The notes below the pieces were generated by a model. The model ran no database searches. It had not been told where the DNA came from and saw only the letters and a program-made list of their open reading frames with translations. The translations under genes and the position numbers were made by a program. Below are positions 18,612 through 29,651 of a DNA stretch of 64,000 bases, in pieces. How positions within the stretch are numbered: position 1 is the stretch's first letter; each line of letters starts with the position of its first letter. The stretch is from Candidatus Lustribacter sp. (GTDB lineage: Bacteria > Vulcanimicrobiota > Vulcanimicrobiia > Vulcanimicrobiales > Vulcanimicrobiaceae), in NCBI GenBank assembly GCA_965277805.1, contig OZ255842.1, forward strand, positions 384,001-448,000. Reading direction: 5' to 3'.

Positions 18612-20504
18612 ATGCTCGAACGACTGGGGACGCCGGCCGATCTGAGCGGCCTGAGCCGCACCGAGATCGACAGCCTCGCCAAAGAAATCCGCAACGTCCT
18701 CATCCAGGTCTGTGCCGTCAACGGCGGCCACCTCGCGCCGAATCTCGGCGTCGTGGAACTGACGCTGGCCCTGCACCGCGTGCTCGACATGCGCAGCGAC
18801 AAGGTCGTGTGGGACGTCAGCCATCAGTCCTACGTCCACAAGCTGCTCACCGGCCGCGCCCAGCAGATCGAAACGCTGCGCCAAGGCGGCGGCGTGTCGG
18901 GCTTCGCGATGCGCAGCGAATCGGAATACGATCCGTTCGGTGCCGGCCATGCCTCGACGTCGATCTCGGCCGCACTCGGCATGGCGACGGCGCGCGATCT
19001 GCAGGGCGGCAAAGAAACGGTCGTGGCGGTCATCGGCGACGGCGCGCTGACCGGTGGCCTCGCATACGAAGCGATCAACAACGCCGGACCGATGAAGACC
19101 AACTTCATCGTGATCCTCAACGACAACGAGATGTCGATCGCGCCCAACGTCGGCTCGATCGCGTCGTATCTCTCGGTGCTGCGTTCGAAGCCGTGGTCGA
19201 ACAGCGCGCGCACGCTGACCAAGGACGTCCTCGGTCACGTGCCGTTCGGAACGACCGCGCGCCGCGCGCTGTCGACGGCGGAAACCGCGGCGATGAAGTT
19301 CGTTTCGCCCGAGGGCAAGACGGCCGTGATCTTCGAGGAGATGGGCTTCCGCTACATCGGCCCGATCGACGGCCACGACTACGATGCGCTATGCGACATC
19401 CTCTCGAACGCGCGCCGCATTCCGGGCCCCGTGCTGCTGCACGTGCGCACGGTCAAGGGCAAGGGCTTCGAGCCAGCCGAGACCGACGCGCGCACGTTCC
19501 ACGGCGTGGGCCCGAACGTCTATTCACCCGATGAAGGAAAGCTCGAGAAGAAGAGTGGCCGGCCGACGTTCGCGCAGGCGTTCGCCGATGCGCTGATCGC
19601 GGTTGCCGCGCGCGACGAGCGCGTCATCGGCATCACCGCGGCGATGCCCGACGGCACGGGTCTGGCGAAATTCGCCAAGGCCTTCCCGGCGCGCTATTTC
19701 GACGTCGGGATCGCCGAAGCGCACGCGGTGTGTTTCGCCGCCGGCGCATCGACCAGCAACATCAAACCGGTGTGCGCGATCTACTCGACGTTCTTGCAAC
19801 GCGCCTACGATCAGATCGTCCACGACGTGGCGGTGCAGAACTTGCCGGTCGTGTTCGCGCTCGATCGCGCCGGATTCGTCGGTGACGACGGCCCGACGCA
19901 CATGGGCCTTTACGATATCGCCTACCTGCGCACGCTTCCGAACATGGTGCTGATGGCGCCGCGCAACGAAGCCGAGATCACGCCGATGCTCGACGTGGCC
20001 TTGGCCATCGACGGGCCGGCCGCGATGCGCTATCCGCGCGGCAGCTCGAGCGGCAAATGGGACGAACCGCTGGCGCCCGTCGTCGTCGGTCGCGCGGAGG
20101 TCTTACGCCGCGGTCACGGCATCGCGATTCTGGCGCTCGGCATCACGGTCGACGCCGCGCTCGACGCCTATGCGCTGCTCGATGACGACGCTAAACCGAC
20201 CGTCGTCAACATGCGCTTCGTCAAGCCGCTCGATGAAAACCTGATCCTCGAATTGGCCGAAACGCACACCCGTTTCATCACGCTGGAAGAGCATTCGCTG
20301 GCCGGCGGCTTCGGCTCGGCGGTGGTGGAATTCATCAACGACCGGGGACTGTCGGTTCGGGTCGAGCGCATCGGCGTGCCCAACGTCCTCGTCCACCATG
20401 CCAAGCCCGAGGCCCAGCGCGCTCAGTTCGGCCTGACCGGCGAACACGTTGCGGCCCGGGTAAACGCCCTGCGCGACAAGGTTCGTTCGGTCCCCGGGGC
20501 GTAG
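18612..20504 (+). CDS. dxs: 1-deoxy-D-xylulose-5-phosphate synthase
   Basis: GGHLAPNLG, WDVSHQ, GDGALTGG, GIAEAH and DRAG..GDDGPTH motifs. Confidence 0.97.
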   Translation: MLERLGTPADLSGLSRTEIDSLAKEIRNVLIQVCAVNGGHLAPNLGVVELTLALHRVLDMRSDKVVWDVSHQSYVHKLLTGRAQQIETLRQGGGVSGFAMRSESEYDPFGAGHASTSISAALGMATARDLQGGKETVVAVIGDGALTGGLAYEAINNAGPMKTNFIVILNDNEMSIAPNVGSIASYLSVLRSKPWSNSARTLTKDVLGHVPFGTTARRALSTAETAAMKFVSPEGKTAVIFEEMGFRYIGPIDGHDYDALCDILSNARRIPGPVLLHVRTVKGKGFEPAETDARTFHGVGPNVYSPDEGKLEKKSGRPTFAQAFADALIAVAARDERVIGITAAMPDGTGLAKFAKAFPARYFDVGIAEAHAVCFAAGASTSNIKPVCAIYSTFLQRAYDQIVHDVAVQNLPVVFALDRAGFVGDDGPTHMGLYDIAYLRTLPNMVLMAPRNEAEITPMLDVALAIDGPAAMRYPRGSSSGKWDEPLAPVVVGRAEVLRRGHGIAILALGITVDAALDAYALLDDDAKPTVVNMRFVKPLDENLILELAETHTRFITLEEHSLAGGFGSAVVEFINDRGLSVRVERIGVPNVLVHHAKPEAQRAQFGLTGEHVAARVNALRDKVRSVPGA

Positions 20505-20547
20505 TCGACGGGTTGATTTTGCCGCTTTCCGAGGAGTCTGAATTCAC

Positions 20548-20928
20548 GTGTTAACCGTTCTGCTTGCGGCGACGACGCCGGTCGCCAAGGCGACCGCCGC
20601 GGCCATCAAGCTGACCCCCCAGCAACTCCAGCAGATGCTGCAAAATCAGCCCGCCCTCAACTACCAGCACCAGACAGCACTGCAGCAGCACGCGGGCTGG
20701 CTCACCCATACGCTGGCCGGTTTCTTCGTCGTCGCGGCGATCTCGTTGATCGGTTTGCTCGCTGTGCAGACCACGAAGCAAGAGGGCCTCTCGGGCACGA
20801 TCGGAGGCCGCGTCGATTCGGCCTACCGCGGGCGGCTCGGCTTCGAGGGCCAGATCGCGCGGGTCACCGGAGTCGTCGCGGTCACGTTCGTCGTCGTCGC
20901 GACGCTCGTCTCGCTCTCGGGAATCTAG
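20548..20928 (+). CDS. secG: Preprotein translocase SecG with N-terminal extension
   Basis: Two TM helices flanking Q..K.EGLSG.IGG. Confidence 0.75.
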   Translation: MLTVLLAATTPVAKATAAAIKLTPQQLQQMLQNQPALNYQHQTALQQHAGWLTHTLAGFFVVAAISLIGLLAVQTTKQEGLSGTIGGRVDSAYRGRLGFEGQIARVTGVVAVTFVVVATLVSLSGI

Positions 20929-20930
20929 AC

Positions 20931-21964
<1,034 letters not shown>

Positions 21965-21965
<1 letters not shown>

Positions 21966-22990
21966 TGGCGGAAGACCTGGTCGTCGTCCGCGACCTCAAG
22001 AAGTACTTCCCGATCACGGCAGGCCTCTTGCAGAACAAGGTCGGCGACGTCAAAGCCGTCGACGGCATCGACTTCGACATCCGCCGCGGCGAGACGCTGG
22101 GGCTCGTCGGCGAATCCGGTTCCGGCAAGACGACGGCAGGCCGCGTGATTTTGCGCTTGACCGACGCCACCGCCGGGAGCATCACGTTCGACGGCCGCGA
22201 TATCACGAATCTCAGCCGGTCCGAATTGCGCCCGCTGCGCAAAGAGATGCAGATCATCTTTCAGGATCCCTACGCCTCGCTCAATCCGCGCATGACGGTC
22301 GGCGACATCATCCGCGAGCCGCTGCAGATCCACAACCTGGCGTCCGGTAAAGCGGCCGAGAAGCGGGTGCAAGAGCTCCTCTCGATGGTCGGTTTACAGC
22401 CCTACCACGCGAACCGCTACCCGCATGAATTCTCCGGTGGGCAGCGCCAGCGCGTCGGCATCGCGCGCGCCTTGGCGGTCAATCCGAAGTTCATCGTCGC
22501 GGACGAGCCGGTCTCCGCACTCGACGTCTCGATTCAGGCTCAGGTCATCAACCTGCTCCAGGATCTGCAGAAGCAGCTCGGGCTCACCTTCCTATTCATC
22601 GCGCACGATCTGTCGGTCGTGCGCCACATTTCCAACCGCGTGGCGGTGATGTACGTCGGCAAGATCATCGAGATCGCCGATCGCGACCGGCTCTACGCAA
22701 ATCCGCTCCACCCCTACACCCAGGCGCTGCTCTCGGCGATCCCGATCCCCGATCCCGATGTCGAGCGCCGCCGCAAACGCATCGTCCTCACCGGCGACAT
22801 TCCCTCGCCGGTGAATCCGCCGGCAGGCTGCCGCTTTCACACCCGCTGCCCGATCGCGTTCGAGCGCTGCAAGGTCGAGGTGCCGGCCTTCAACCTCTAC
22901 GAAGACGGCCATCGCGCGGCATGCCATTGGGTCGAAGAGCACAACGGCCAAGCCCCCGATCTCGCCAACGGCCCGGCCGTCATAGCATAA
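21965..22990 (+). CDS. oppF: Oligopeptide/dipeptide ABC ATP-binding protein
   Basis: [22 protein letters not shown] and GCRFHTRC motifs. Confidence 0.9.
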
Positions 22991-23019
22991 AAAAAGAGCG
23001 GCCCGAGGGTCGCTCTTTT
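22991..23019. terminator. Bidirectional intrinsic terminator
   Basis: AAAAAGAGCGGCC-cgag-GGTCGCTCTTTT between convergent genes. Confidence 0.85.
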
Positions 23020-23038
23020 CGAAGTCCAGGCGCTGGAG

Positions 23039-23395
23039 TTACTTCTTTTTCTTGCGGCTGGATTTCTTTTTGGCGGTCTTTTTAGCGGTTTTCTTGGACT
23101 TTTTGGCTCCGCTCTTCTTGGCTTTCTTCTTAGAAGACTTCTTCGCGGTTTTCTTGCGACTGGTCTTCTTCGCCGTTTTCTTTTTGGCGGTCTTTTTGGC
23201 AGATTTCTTAGCAGTCGACTTTTTCGCTGCCTTCTTACGGGTGGTCTTTTTGGCCGTCTTCTTGGCGGTTTTCTTCTTCGCTACCGACTTTTTGGCGGCA
23301 GACTTTTTCGCGCCGGCCTTCTTTTTACGGGCCTTTTTGCGGGCCTTCTTCGGCGCCGGTGCTGCGGGCATGATGCCCATGGTTTCCGGGTCCAT
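23039..23395 (-). CDS. Histone H1-like Lys-rich protein
   Basis: About 45% Lys in (T/S)AKK repeats; GGAGG RBS; followed by a terminator. Confidence 0.85.
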   Translation of the reverse strand: MDPETMGIMPAAPAPKKARKKARKKKAGAKKSAAKKSVAKKKTAKKTAKKTTRKKAAKKSTAKKSAKKTAKKKTAKKTSRKKTAKKSSKKKAKKSGAKKSKKTAKKTAKKKSSRKKKK

Positions 23396-23604
23396 TCAAC
23401 CTCCTCGTCCGCGCGGACGATTGTTGCGGATGTGCGTCGCGCGGATGGCGACGCATCGTTGAGAGCATCGTACAAGGAATTCGCATTTTGCGCAACTCGG
23501 CTGACCGGCCGAGCGGTTAAATCGCAGGCCCGCGAGACCCAACTTTGGCCTAGGGCTTGACGAGCCGTACTATACTGAAGGCGTTTACTCTCCGAAGGAC
23601 CAGC

Positions 23605-25758
23605 GTGGCTAACAAACCGCTCATCATCGTCGAATCGCCGACGAAAGCCAAAACCATCAAGAAATTCTTGCCGCCGCGCTACGTTGTTAAGGCGTCGGTC
23701 GGGCACGTCCGCGACCTGCCCAAATCGACGCTCGGAGTGGACGTCGATCACGATTTCACGCCCAAATATCTGACGATCAAGGGCAAGGGCGACATCATCA
23801 AGGAGCTCAAGGCAGCGGCGAAATCGGCCAGCGAAGTCTACCTCGCGACCGACCCTGATCGCGAAGGCGAAGCGATCGCCTGGCATTTGGCCGAGATCCT
23901 GAAGCTGGAAAATCCGAAGCGGATCGAGCTGCACGAAATCACCAAAGACGCAGCGCTGGCGGCAATCGCCGATCCGCACGCGATCGATATGCCGCGCGTC
24001 AACGCCCAGCAAGCGCGGCGCATTCTCGACCGCCTGGTGGGCTATAAGATCTCCCCGCTGCTATGGGCGAAGGTCCGCGGCGGCCTCTCGGCCGGCCGTG
24101 TGCAATCGGTCGCAGTCCGGATGATCGTCGACCGCGAACGCGAGATCAACGCGTTCGTTCCGCGCGAATACTGGTCGATCACGGCACGGCTCGCAAAGCA
24201 GCACGTCAACGGCACGCCGCCGGTGATCTTCCCGGCGGAGCTCTACCAAATCGATGGCGCCAAGGCCGAAGTGGCCGACGGCAAGACCGCGGCCGAAGTG
24301 GTTGATGCCGTCAAGGATGCGCCGTGGCGCGTGTCTTCGGTCAAAGAACGCGAGACGCGGCGCAATGCGGCCGCCCCGTTCACAACCTCGACGATTCAGC
24401 AAGAAGCTTCGCGCAAGCTGAAGTTCCGCGTTCGCAAGACGATGCAACTGGCGCAGGCGCTCTACGAGGGCGTCGATCTTGGCGCCGAGGGCACCCAAGG
24501 TCTGATCACCTACATGCGCACCGACTCGACCCGCGTCGCCGACTCGGCGCGCGAGGCAGCGCGCGAGTTCATCGAGACGACCTACGGCAAAGAGTTTGCC
24601 GGCAGCGGGCGGCAGTTCAAGATGCGCGAGGGCGCGCAAGATGCGCACGAAGCGATCCGGCCGACGTCGGTGTTCCGCACCCCGGATTCCGTGGCCGGCG
24701 TGCTCAAGCGCGACGAGCTGCGGCTCTATCGCCTGATCTGGGAGCGCTTCGTCGCTTCGCAGATGGCGCCGGCGATCTTCGATCAGACGACGGTCGACTT
24801 CGTCATCGGCCGCTACACGTTCCGTTCCACCGGCTCGGTGCTGAAATTCGCCGGCTTCACCCGGGTGTATGAAGAAGGTCGCGACGACGCGCAGGCGGCG
24901 CCCGCCGAGGAACTTACCGACGGCAAGAAACCTCTGCTGCCGAAGCTGATCGTCGATGAGCCGCTCGACCTCAAGGGCATCGATCCCAAGCAGCACTTCA
25001 CCGAGCCGCCGCCGCGCTTCACCGAAGCCTCGCTCGTGCGCGTGCTCGAAGAGAACGGGATCGGCCGGCCCTCGACCTACAGCTCGATCGTCGAGACGAT
25101 TCAGGCGCGCGGGTACGTCGAGCAAATCGAACGCCGCTTCCATCCGACCGACATCGGGATTCAGGTCAACGACCTGCTGGCCGAGCACTTCAAGGACGTG
25201 GTCGATCCGGGCTTCACCGCGCAGATGGAGCGCGATCTCGACGGCGTTGCCGATTCGGGCGGCGACTGGGTTGGCGTGCTGCGCACGTTCTACGACAAGT
25301 TTTCGCTCGAGCTCACCGCGGCCGAAGAGAAGCTGCCGAAGTTCGAACAGCGCGACGAGCCGACCGACGACATCTGCCCGACCTGCGGCAAGCCGATGGT
25401 CATCAAGACCGGCCGCTTCGGAAAGTTCATCTCGTGCACCGGCTATCCGGAGTGCAAGACGACGCGCCCGATCCTCAAAGACACCGGCGCCATCTGTCCC
25501 AAAGACGGCGGCATGGTCGTCGAGCGCAAATCGCGCAAGGGCCGCACGTTCTTCGGCTGCGCCAACTACCCGAAGTGCGACTTCGTCTCGTGGGACCGCG
25601 TCGTGCCCGAACCGTGCCCCGTCTGCGGCGACTACGTGGTCGTAAAGACGAAACGCGGCGGCGTGTCCTCGTTCGAGTGCCACACCGACAAGACGCACGA
25701 TACCTCCAAAATGGGCGGGGCGCCGCAGGCCGAAGAAGAGGAGCTTGAGCCAGTCTGA
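23605..25758 (+). CDS. topA: DNA topoisomerase I
   Basis: IVESPTK, DPDREGE, ITYMRTD and GRPSTY motifs; C-terminal Zn ribbons. Confidence 0.97.
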   Translation: MANKPLIIVESPTKAKTIKKFLPPRYVVKASVGHVRDLPKSTLGVDVDHDFTPKYLTIKGKGDIIKELKAAAKSASEVYLATDPDREGEAIAWHLAEILKLENPKRIELHEITKDAALAAIADPHAIDMPRVNAQQARRILDRLVGYKISPLLWAKVRGGLSAGRVQSVAVRMIVDREREINAFVPREYWSITARLAKQHVNGTPPVIFPAELYQIDGAKAEVADGKTAAEVVDAVKDAPWRVSSVKERETRRNAAAPFTTSTIQQEASRKLKFRVRKTMQLAQALYEGVDLGAEGTQGLITYMRTDSTRVADSAREAAREFIETTYGKEFAGSGRQFKMREGAQDAHEAIRPTSVFRTPDSVAGVLKRDELRLYRLIWERFVASQMAPAIFDQTTVDFVIGRYTFRSTGSVLKFAGFTRVYEEGRDDAQAAPAEELTDGKKPLLPKLIVDEPLDLKGIDPKQHFTEPPPRFTEASLVRVLEENGIGRPSTYSSIVETIQARGYVEQIERRFHPTDIGIQVNDLLAEHFKDVVDPGFTAQMERDLDGVADSGGDWVGVLRTFYDKFSLELTAAEEKLPKFEQRDEPTDDICPTCGKPMVIKTGRFGKFISCTGYPECKTTRPILKDTGAICPKDGGMVVERKSRKGRTFFGCANYPKCDFVSWDRVVPEPCPVCGDYVVVKTKRGGVSSFECHTDKTHDTSKMGGAPQAEEEELEPV

Positions 25759-27139
25759 CGCGACGGTAACGGTTATTGGCGGTGGTCTCGCCGGTTGCGA
25801 GGCTGCGTGGCAGCTCGCACGGCGCGGCGTGCGCGTGCGATTGTACGAACGCCGGCCGCATTCCAGCGGTCCGGCGCACCACACCGACATGCTGGCCGAA
25901 CTCGTTTGCAGCAATTCGCTGCGCGGCGTTGCGCTCGAGAACTGCGTCGGCTTGCTCAAGGAAGAACTGGCGCGGCTCGATTCGCTGATCGTCACGTCGG
26001 CGCGTGAAGCGGCGGTGCCGGCCGGAGGGGCGCTCGCCGTCGACCGCGAGCACTTCAGCGCGATCGTCGAGTCGCGGCTGCTCGGGCTGCCGAATCTCGA
26101 GATCGAGCGCGAAGAAGTGCCGGCAATCCCCGCCACGGGGATCGTGATCGTCGCCTGCGGCCCGCTGCCTTCGCCGGCGCTGGCCGCGCAAATCGACGCG
26201 CTCGTCGGCGGCGGACGCCTGCACTACTACGACGCCGCGGCGCCGATCGTCGCGACCGATTCGATCGATATGGCGGCCACGTACCGCAAGTCGCGCTACG
26301 ATAAGGGCGACGGCGATGACTATCTCAATATTCCGCTGGAGAAAGAGCAGTACCAGCAATTCATCGCCGACCTGCGCGATCTGCCGCGGCACGATCCGAA
26401 AGATTTCGAACTCGATGCCGCCGCCGGCAAGGTGCCGTACTTCGAGGGCTGTCTGCCGATCGAAGAGATGGCAGCACGCGGCGAGGATACGCTGCGCTAT
26501 GGTCCGCTCAAACCGGTCGGGCTGCGCGATCCGCGTACCGGCAAGACGCCGTACGCGGTCGTGCAGCTGCGCAACGAAGATGCGGACGGCAAATCGCTCA
26601 ACCTGGTCGGCTTCCAAACGCGGTTGACGTGGCCGGCGCAAAAAGAAGCGTTCGGCAAATTGCCGGGCCTCGCGAACGCGGAGTGGCTGCGCCTGGGCGT
26701 GATGCACCGCAATACGTTCATCGATTCGCCGCGCTTGCTCGACGCGCAACTCCAGCTGCGCGCGCGCCCGGGACTCTTCTTCGCAGGCCAAATCACCGGC
26801 GCCGAAGGCTACGTGGAAGCGGCCGCGTGCGGAGCGATGGCGGGCATCGCTGCCGCCTATGCCGCGATCGGCAACGTCGCGCCGGCCATTCCGTCCGACA
26901 CCGCGCTCGGCGCCGTAGTCGCGCACTTGCAGAATGCCGCGTCGCCGGATTTTCAGCCGGCCAACGTGACGTGGACGTGGTTCTCGCCGTTGCCGGGCAA
27001 GCCGATCCGGGAAAAGCGACTGCGCCGCGCGGCCCTCGCAGCCCGCGCGCTCGAACGCATCGACGCATTTGCCAGGGCCGTGGCCGTAACGCCCGGCAGA
27101 GAAAGCGCGCTTGCAACTGCGGGTGCTCTCCCGGAGTAA
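25745..27139 (+). CDS. trmFO: tRNA (uracil-54) methyltransferase, FAD/folate-dependent
   Basis: GGGLAG, ELVCSNS, DAAAP, GVMHRNTF and GQITGAEGY motifs. Confidence 0.96.
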   Translation: MSQSDATVTVIGGGLAGCEAAWQLARRGVRVRLYERRPHSSGPAHHTDMLAELVCSNSLRGVALENCVGLLKEELARLDSLIVTSAREAAVPAGGALAVDREHFSAIVESRLLGLPNLEIEREEVPAIPATGIVIVACGPLPSPALAAQIDALVGGGRLHYYDAAAPIVATDSIDMAATYRKSRYDKGDGDDYLNIPLEKEQYQQFIADLRDLPRHDPKDFELDAAAGKVPYFEGCLPIEEMAARGEDTLRYGPLKPVGLRDPRTGKTPYAVVQLRNEDADGKSLNLVGFQTRLTWPAQKEAFGKLPGLANAEWLRLGVMHRNTFIDSPRLLDAQLQLRARPGLFFAGQITGAEGYVEAAACGAMAGIAAAYAAIGNVAPAIPSDTALGAVVAHLQNAASPDFQPANVTWTWFSPLPGKPIREKRLRRAALAARALERIDAFARAVAVTPGRESALATAGALPE

Positions 27140-27148
27140 AGGGTTCGG

Positions 27149-27679
27149 ATGCGCATTCGATCGACCACGATCGTCGCGGTCCTTCGCGACGGTAAGATCG
27201 CGATGGCCGGCGACGGACAAGTCACCCTCGACAAGACCGTCATGAAACACGGCGCCCGCAAGGTGCGCCGGATCGCCGGGGGTGCCGTGATTGCGGGCTT
27301 CGCCGGCAGCGCTGCCGACGGCATCACGCTGCTCGAGAAATTCGAGGGCAAGCTCAACGCGTCGGGCAGCAACCTGATGCGCGCCGCCGTCGAGCTTGCC
27401 AAGGACTGGCGCCAAGATCGCGCGCTGCGCCGGCTCGAAGCGCTGCTGCTGGTCGGCAACCCGGAACATCTGCTGGTGCTCAGCGGCACGGGCGACGTGA
27501 TCGAACCCGACGAGGGCATCGCGGCGATCGGCAGCGGCGGACCGTATGCGCAAGCGGCAGCGATGGCGCTGCTTTCGAACTCCACGCTCGATGCCGAGGC
27601 GATCGCGCGCGAGGCGTTGCGCATCGCTTCGAAAATCTGCATTTACACCAACGACGACATTACCGTCGAGACCGCCTGA
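27149..27679 (+). CDS. hslV: ATP-dependent protease subunit HslV
   Basis: TTIVAV, GDGQVT, GFAG and GSGG motifs. Confidence 0.97.
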   Translation: MRIRSTTIVAVLRDGKIAMAGDGQVTLDKTVMKHGARKVRRIAGGAVIAGFAGSAADGITLLEKFEGKLNASGSNLMRAAVELAKDWRQDRALRRLEALLLVGNPEHLLVLSGTGDVIEPDEGIAAIGSGGPYAQAAAMALLSNSTLDAEAIAREALRIASKICIYTNDDITVETA

Positions 27680-29121
27680 TGCCCGAACTGCAAGATCTCA
27701 CCCCGCGCCAGATCGTCGCGGAACTCGATAAGTACATCGTCGGACAGGCGAAGGCCAAGCGCGCCGTAGCGATCGCGCTGCGCAACCGCTTCCGGCGCGA
27801 ACAACTGCCCGAAGAACTGCGCCGCGAAGTGATTCCGAAGAACATCCTGATGATCGGGCCGACCGGCGTCGGCAAGACCGAGATCGCCCGCCGGCTGGCA
27901 TCGCTCGCCGGCGCGCCGTTCGTCAAGGTCGAGGCGACGAAGTACACCGAGGTCGGCTACGTCGGCCGCGACGTCGAGTCGATGGTGCGCGACCTGGCCG
28001 AAGCCGCGATCCGGATGGTGAAAGAAGAACGCCGCGGCGACGTCAAGGAAGCGGCCGAACATGCCGCGATCGAACGGATCATCGACGTGCTGCATCCGGA
28101 GACGCGCGCGCCGCAAGCATCGCAGAACAACCCGTTTGCCGCGACGCTCGGATCCATCTTCGGCAACTCGTTCGGCCAACAGGCGAACCAGCCGCAGCAA
28201 ACGCCGCAGCCGGCGGCGCAGCCGGCGCCGCCACACGAATCGGAACGCATCCGCACCGAAGCGCGGGCCGACATCGAGCGCGGCTTCTACGACGTGCGCT
28301 TGATCGAGATCGAGGTCGAAGAGACGCCGAATCTGCCGATGGGCATGATGGGCGGCGGCGACGGCGCGGGCATGGGCGGCGCCGGCGACATGAGCGAGAT
28401 GCTCTCCGGCCTCTTACCGAAGAAGAAAGCGCAGAAGCGCGTCACGGTGGCCGATGCGCGCCGCGTCTTCGCGCAAGAAGAAGAAGCGAAGCTGATCGAC
28501 ATGGACGCCGTCAAGCGCGAGGCGCTGCGGCGGGCCGGTGAACGCGGGATCATCTTCATCGACGAGATCGACAAGATCGCCACGCGCGAAGGCCGCGGCG
28601 TCGACGTCTCACGCGAAGGCGTGCAGCGCGACATCCTCCCGATCGTCGAAGGCAGCACCGTCAACACGAAGTACGGGCCGCTGGCGACCGACCACGTGCT
28701 ATTCGTCGCGGCCGGCGCGTTCCACATGAGCAAGCCGTCCGATCTGATTCCGGAACTTCAGGGACGCTTCCCGATTCGCGTCGAGCTCGACAGCCTGACC
28801 GCGGCCGATTTCGAAACGATCCTCACCCAACCGAAGAACGCGTTGATGACGCAGTACACTGCGCTGCTCGCGGCCGACGGCGTGAAGCTCGACATTCGTC
28901 CCGAGGGCATCGCGGCAATCGCGCGCATCGCGACCGAAGTGAACGAACGCGACGAAAACATCGGCGCGCGCCGTTTGCACACGGTGCTCGAACGCGTCTT
29001 CGAAGAGATCGGTTATGCCGCACCGGAAGTCGCGGAAACCGTCGTCATCGATGCTGCGTACGTGTCCGATCGTCTGGGCGAAATCGCCGCCAGCGCCGAT
29101 CTCTCGAACTTCATCCTGTAG
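27679..29121 (+). CDS. hslU: ATP-dependent protease ATPase HslU
   Basis: GPTGVGKT, GYVG, DEIDK and NIGARRL motifs. Confidence 0.97.
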   Translation: MPELQDLTPRQIVAELDKYIVGQAKAKRAVAIALRNRFRREQLPEELRREVIPKNILMIGPTGVGKTEIARRLASLAGAPFVKVEATKYTEVGYVGRDVESMVRDLAEAAIRMVKEERRGDVKEAAEHAAIERIIDVLHPETRAPQASQNNPFAATLGSIFGNSFGQQANQPQQTPQPAAQPAPPHESERIRTEARADIERGFYDVRLIEIEVEETPNLPMGMMGGGDGAGMGGAGDMSEMLSGLLPKKKAQKRVTVADARRVFAQEEEAKLIDMDAVKREALRRAGERGIIFIDEIDKIATREGRGVDVSREGVQRDILPIVEGSTVNTKYGPLATDHVLFVAAGAFHMSKPSDLIPELQGRFPIRVELDSLTAADFETILTQPKNALMTQYTALLAADGVKLDIRPEGIAAIARIATEVNERDENIGARRLHTVLERVFEEIGYAAPEVAETVVIDAAYVSDRLGEIAASADLSNFIL

Positions 29122-29229
29122 CGGTCATCGTAAGGCGTCCCTAAGCGCGGGGTTCGTGTTGCCTCATCGAGTTCGCAAGTGCATCATGCGGGGAATAGCC
29201 AGGCACTACGTCCATCTGGAGGATTCATC

Positions 29230-29493
29230 ATGGCTGACCGCATCTCGCGCGGCGAGATCATCTCGCTGCTCGCCGGCATTCCCGCCGCCGTAGCCGTAAC
29301 CACGACCATCGCTTCCGCCGCCGACGATTCGAGCGGCACCAAGGCTCAGTACAAGTACCAGAGCAAGCCCGGACCCAAGGGTCAGGTCTGTGGCGGCTGC
29401 GCCCTCTTCAAGGCTCCCGCAGCGTGCCAACTCGTCAAGGGCAAGATCAGCCCCAAAGGCTACTGCATCGCCTACGCCCCCAAAGCGCACTAG
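29230..29493 (+). CDS. High-potential iron-sulfur protein (HiPIP, Iro-like)
   Basis: Signal region, then YQ...C-x2-C-x2-F-x5-C-x2-V.G.I...GYC (four Cys). GGAGG RBS. Confidence 0.85.
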   Translation: MADRISRGEIISLLAGIPAAVAVTTTIASAADDSSGTKAQYKYQSKPGPKGQVCGGCALFKAPAACQLVKGKISPKGYCIAYAPKAH

Positions 29494-29507
29494 GATTCAC
29501 GGTCCAA

Positions 29508-29537
29508 TTGACAGCCCTAGGGGCGGCGTGATACAAC
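29508..29537 (+). promoter_or_regulatory. Sigma70 promoter of the aro operon leader
   Basis: TTGACA(29508), then TG-a-TACAAC(29532), 8 nt before the leader ATG. Confidence 0.6.
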
Positions 29538-29545
29538 CCAACCTG

Positions 29546-29623
29546 ATGCTCGTGAACGGTTTTGGGTATTTTGGCTTTTTTAGCTGGGCGATTTCGCGCC
29601 GGCGAGCCGACTCTTTGCCGTAA
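29546..29623 (+). CDS. Aromatic attenuator leader peptide MLVNGFGYFGFFSWAISRRRADSLP
   Basis: Four Phe (all TTT), one Tyr and one Trp within nine codons, upstream of the aro operon. Confidence 0.85.
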   Translation: MLVNGFGYFGFFSWAISRRRADSLP

Positions 29624-29651
29624 CGTCCACGACCAGGACGACAACTGCAAG

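Noticed and set aside
23039-23360. CRISPR or tandem DNA repeat array
   Set aside because: The repeats are degenerate codon-level AKK units with no constant repeat-spacer structure.
23052-23462. Phe/Leu-rich membrane-like ORF on the + strand
   Set aside because: Antisense mirror of the Lys codons of the H1-like gene, which has the RBS and terminator.
24061-27553. Two antisense ORFs of about 690 aa
   Set aside because: Shadows of topA, trmFO and hslV.
29390-29545. 77-aa ORF including the aro leader
   Set aside because: The 5' part overlaps the HiPIP gene and the promoter. Only 29546-29623 is supported.
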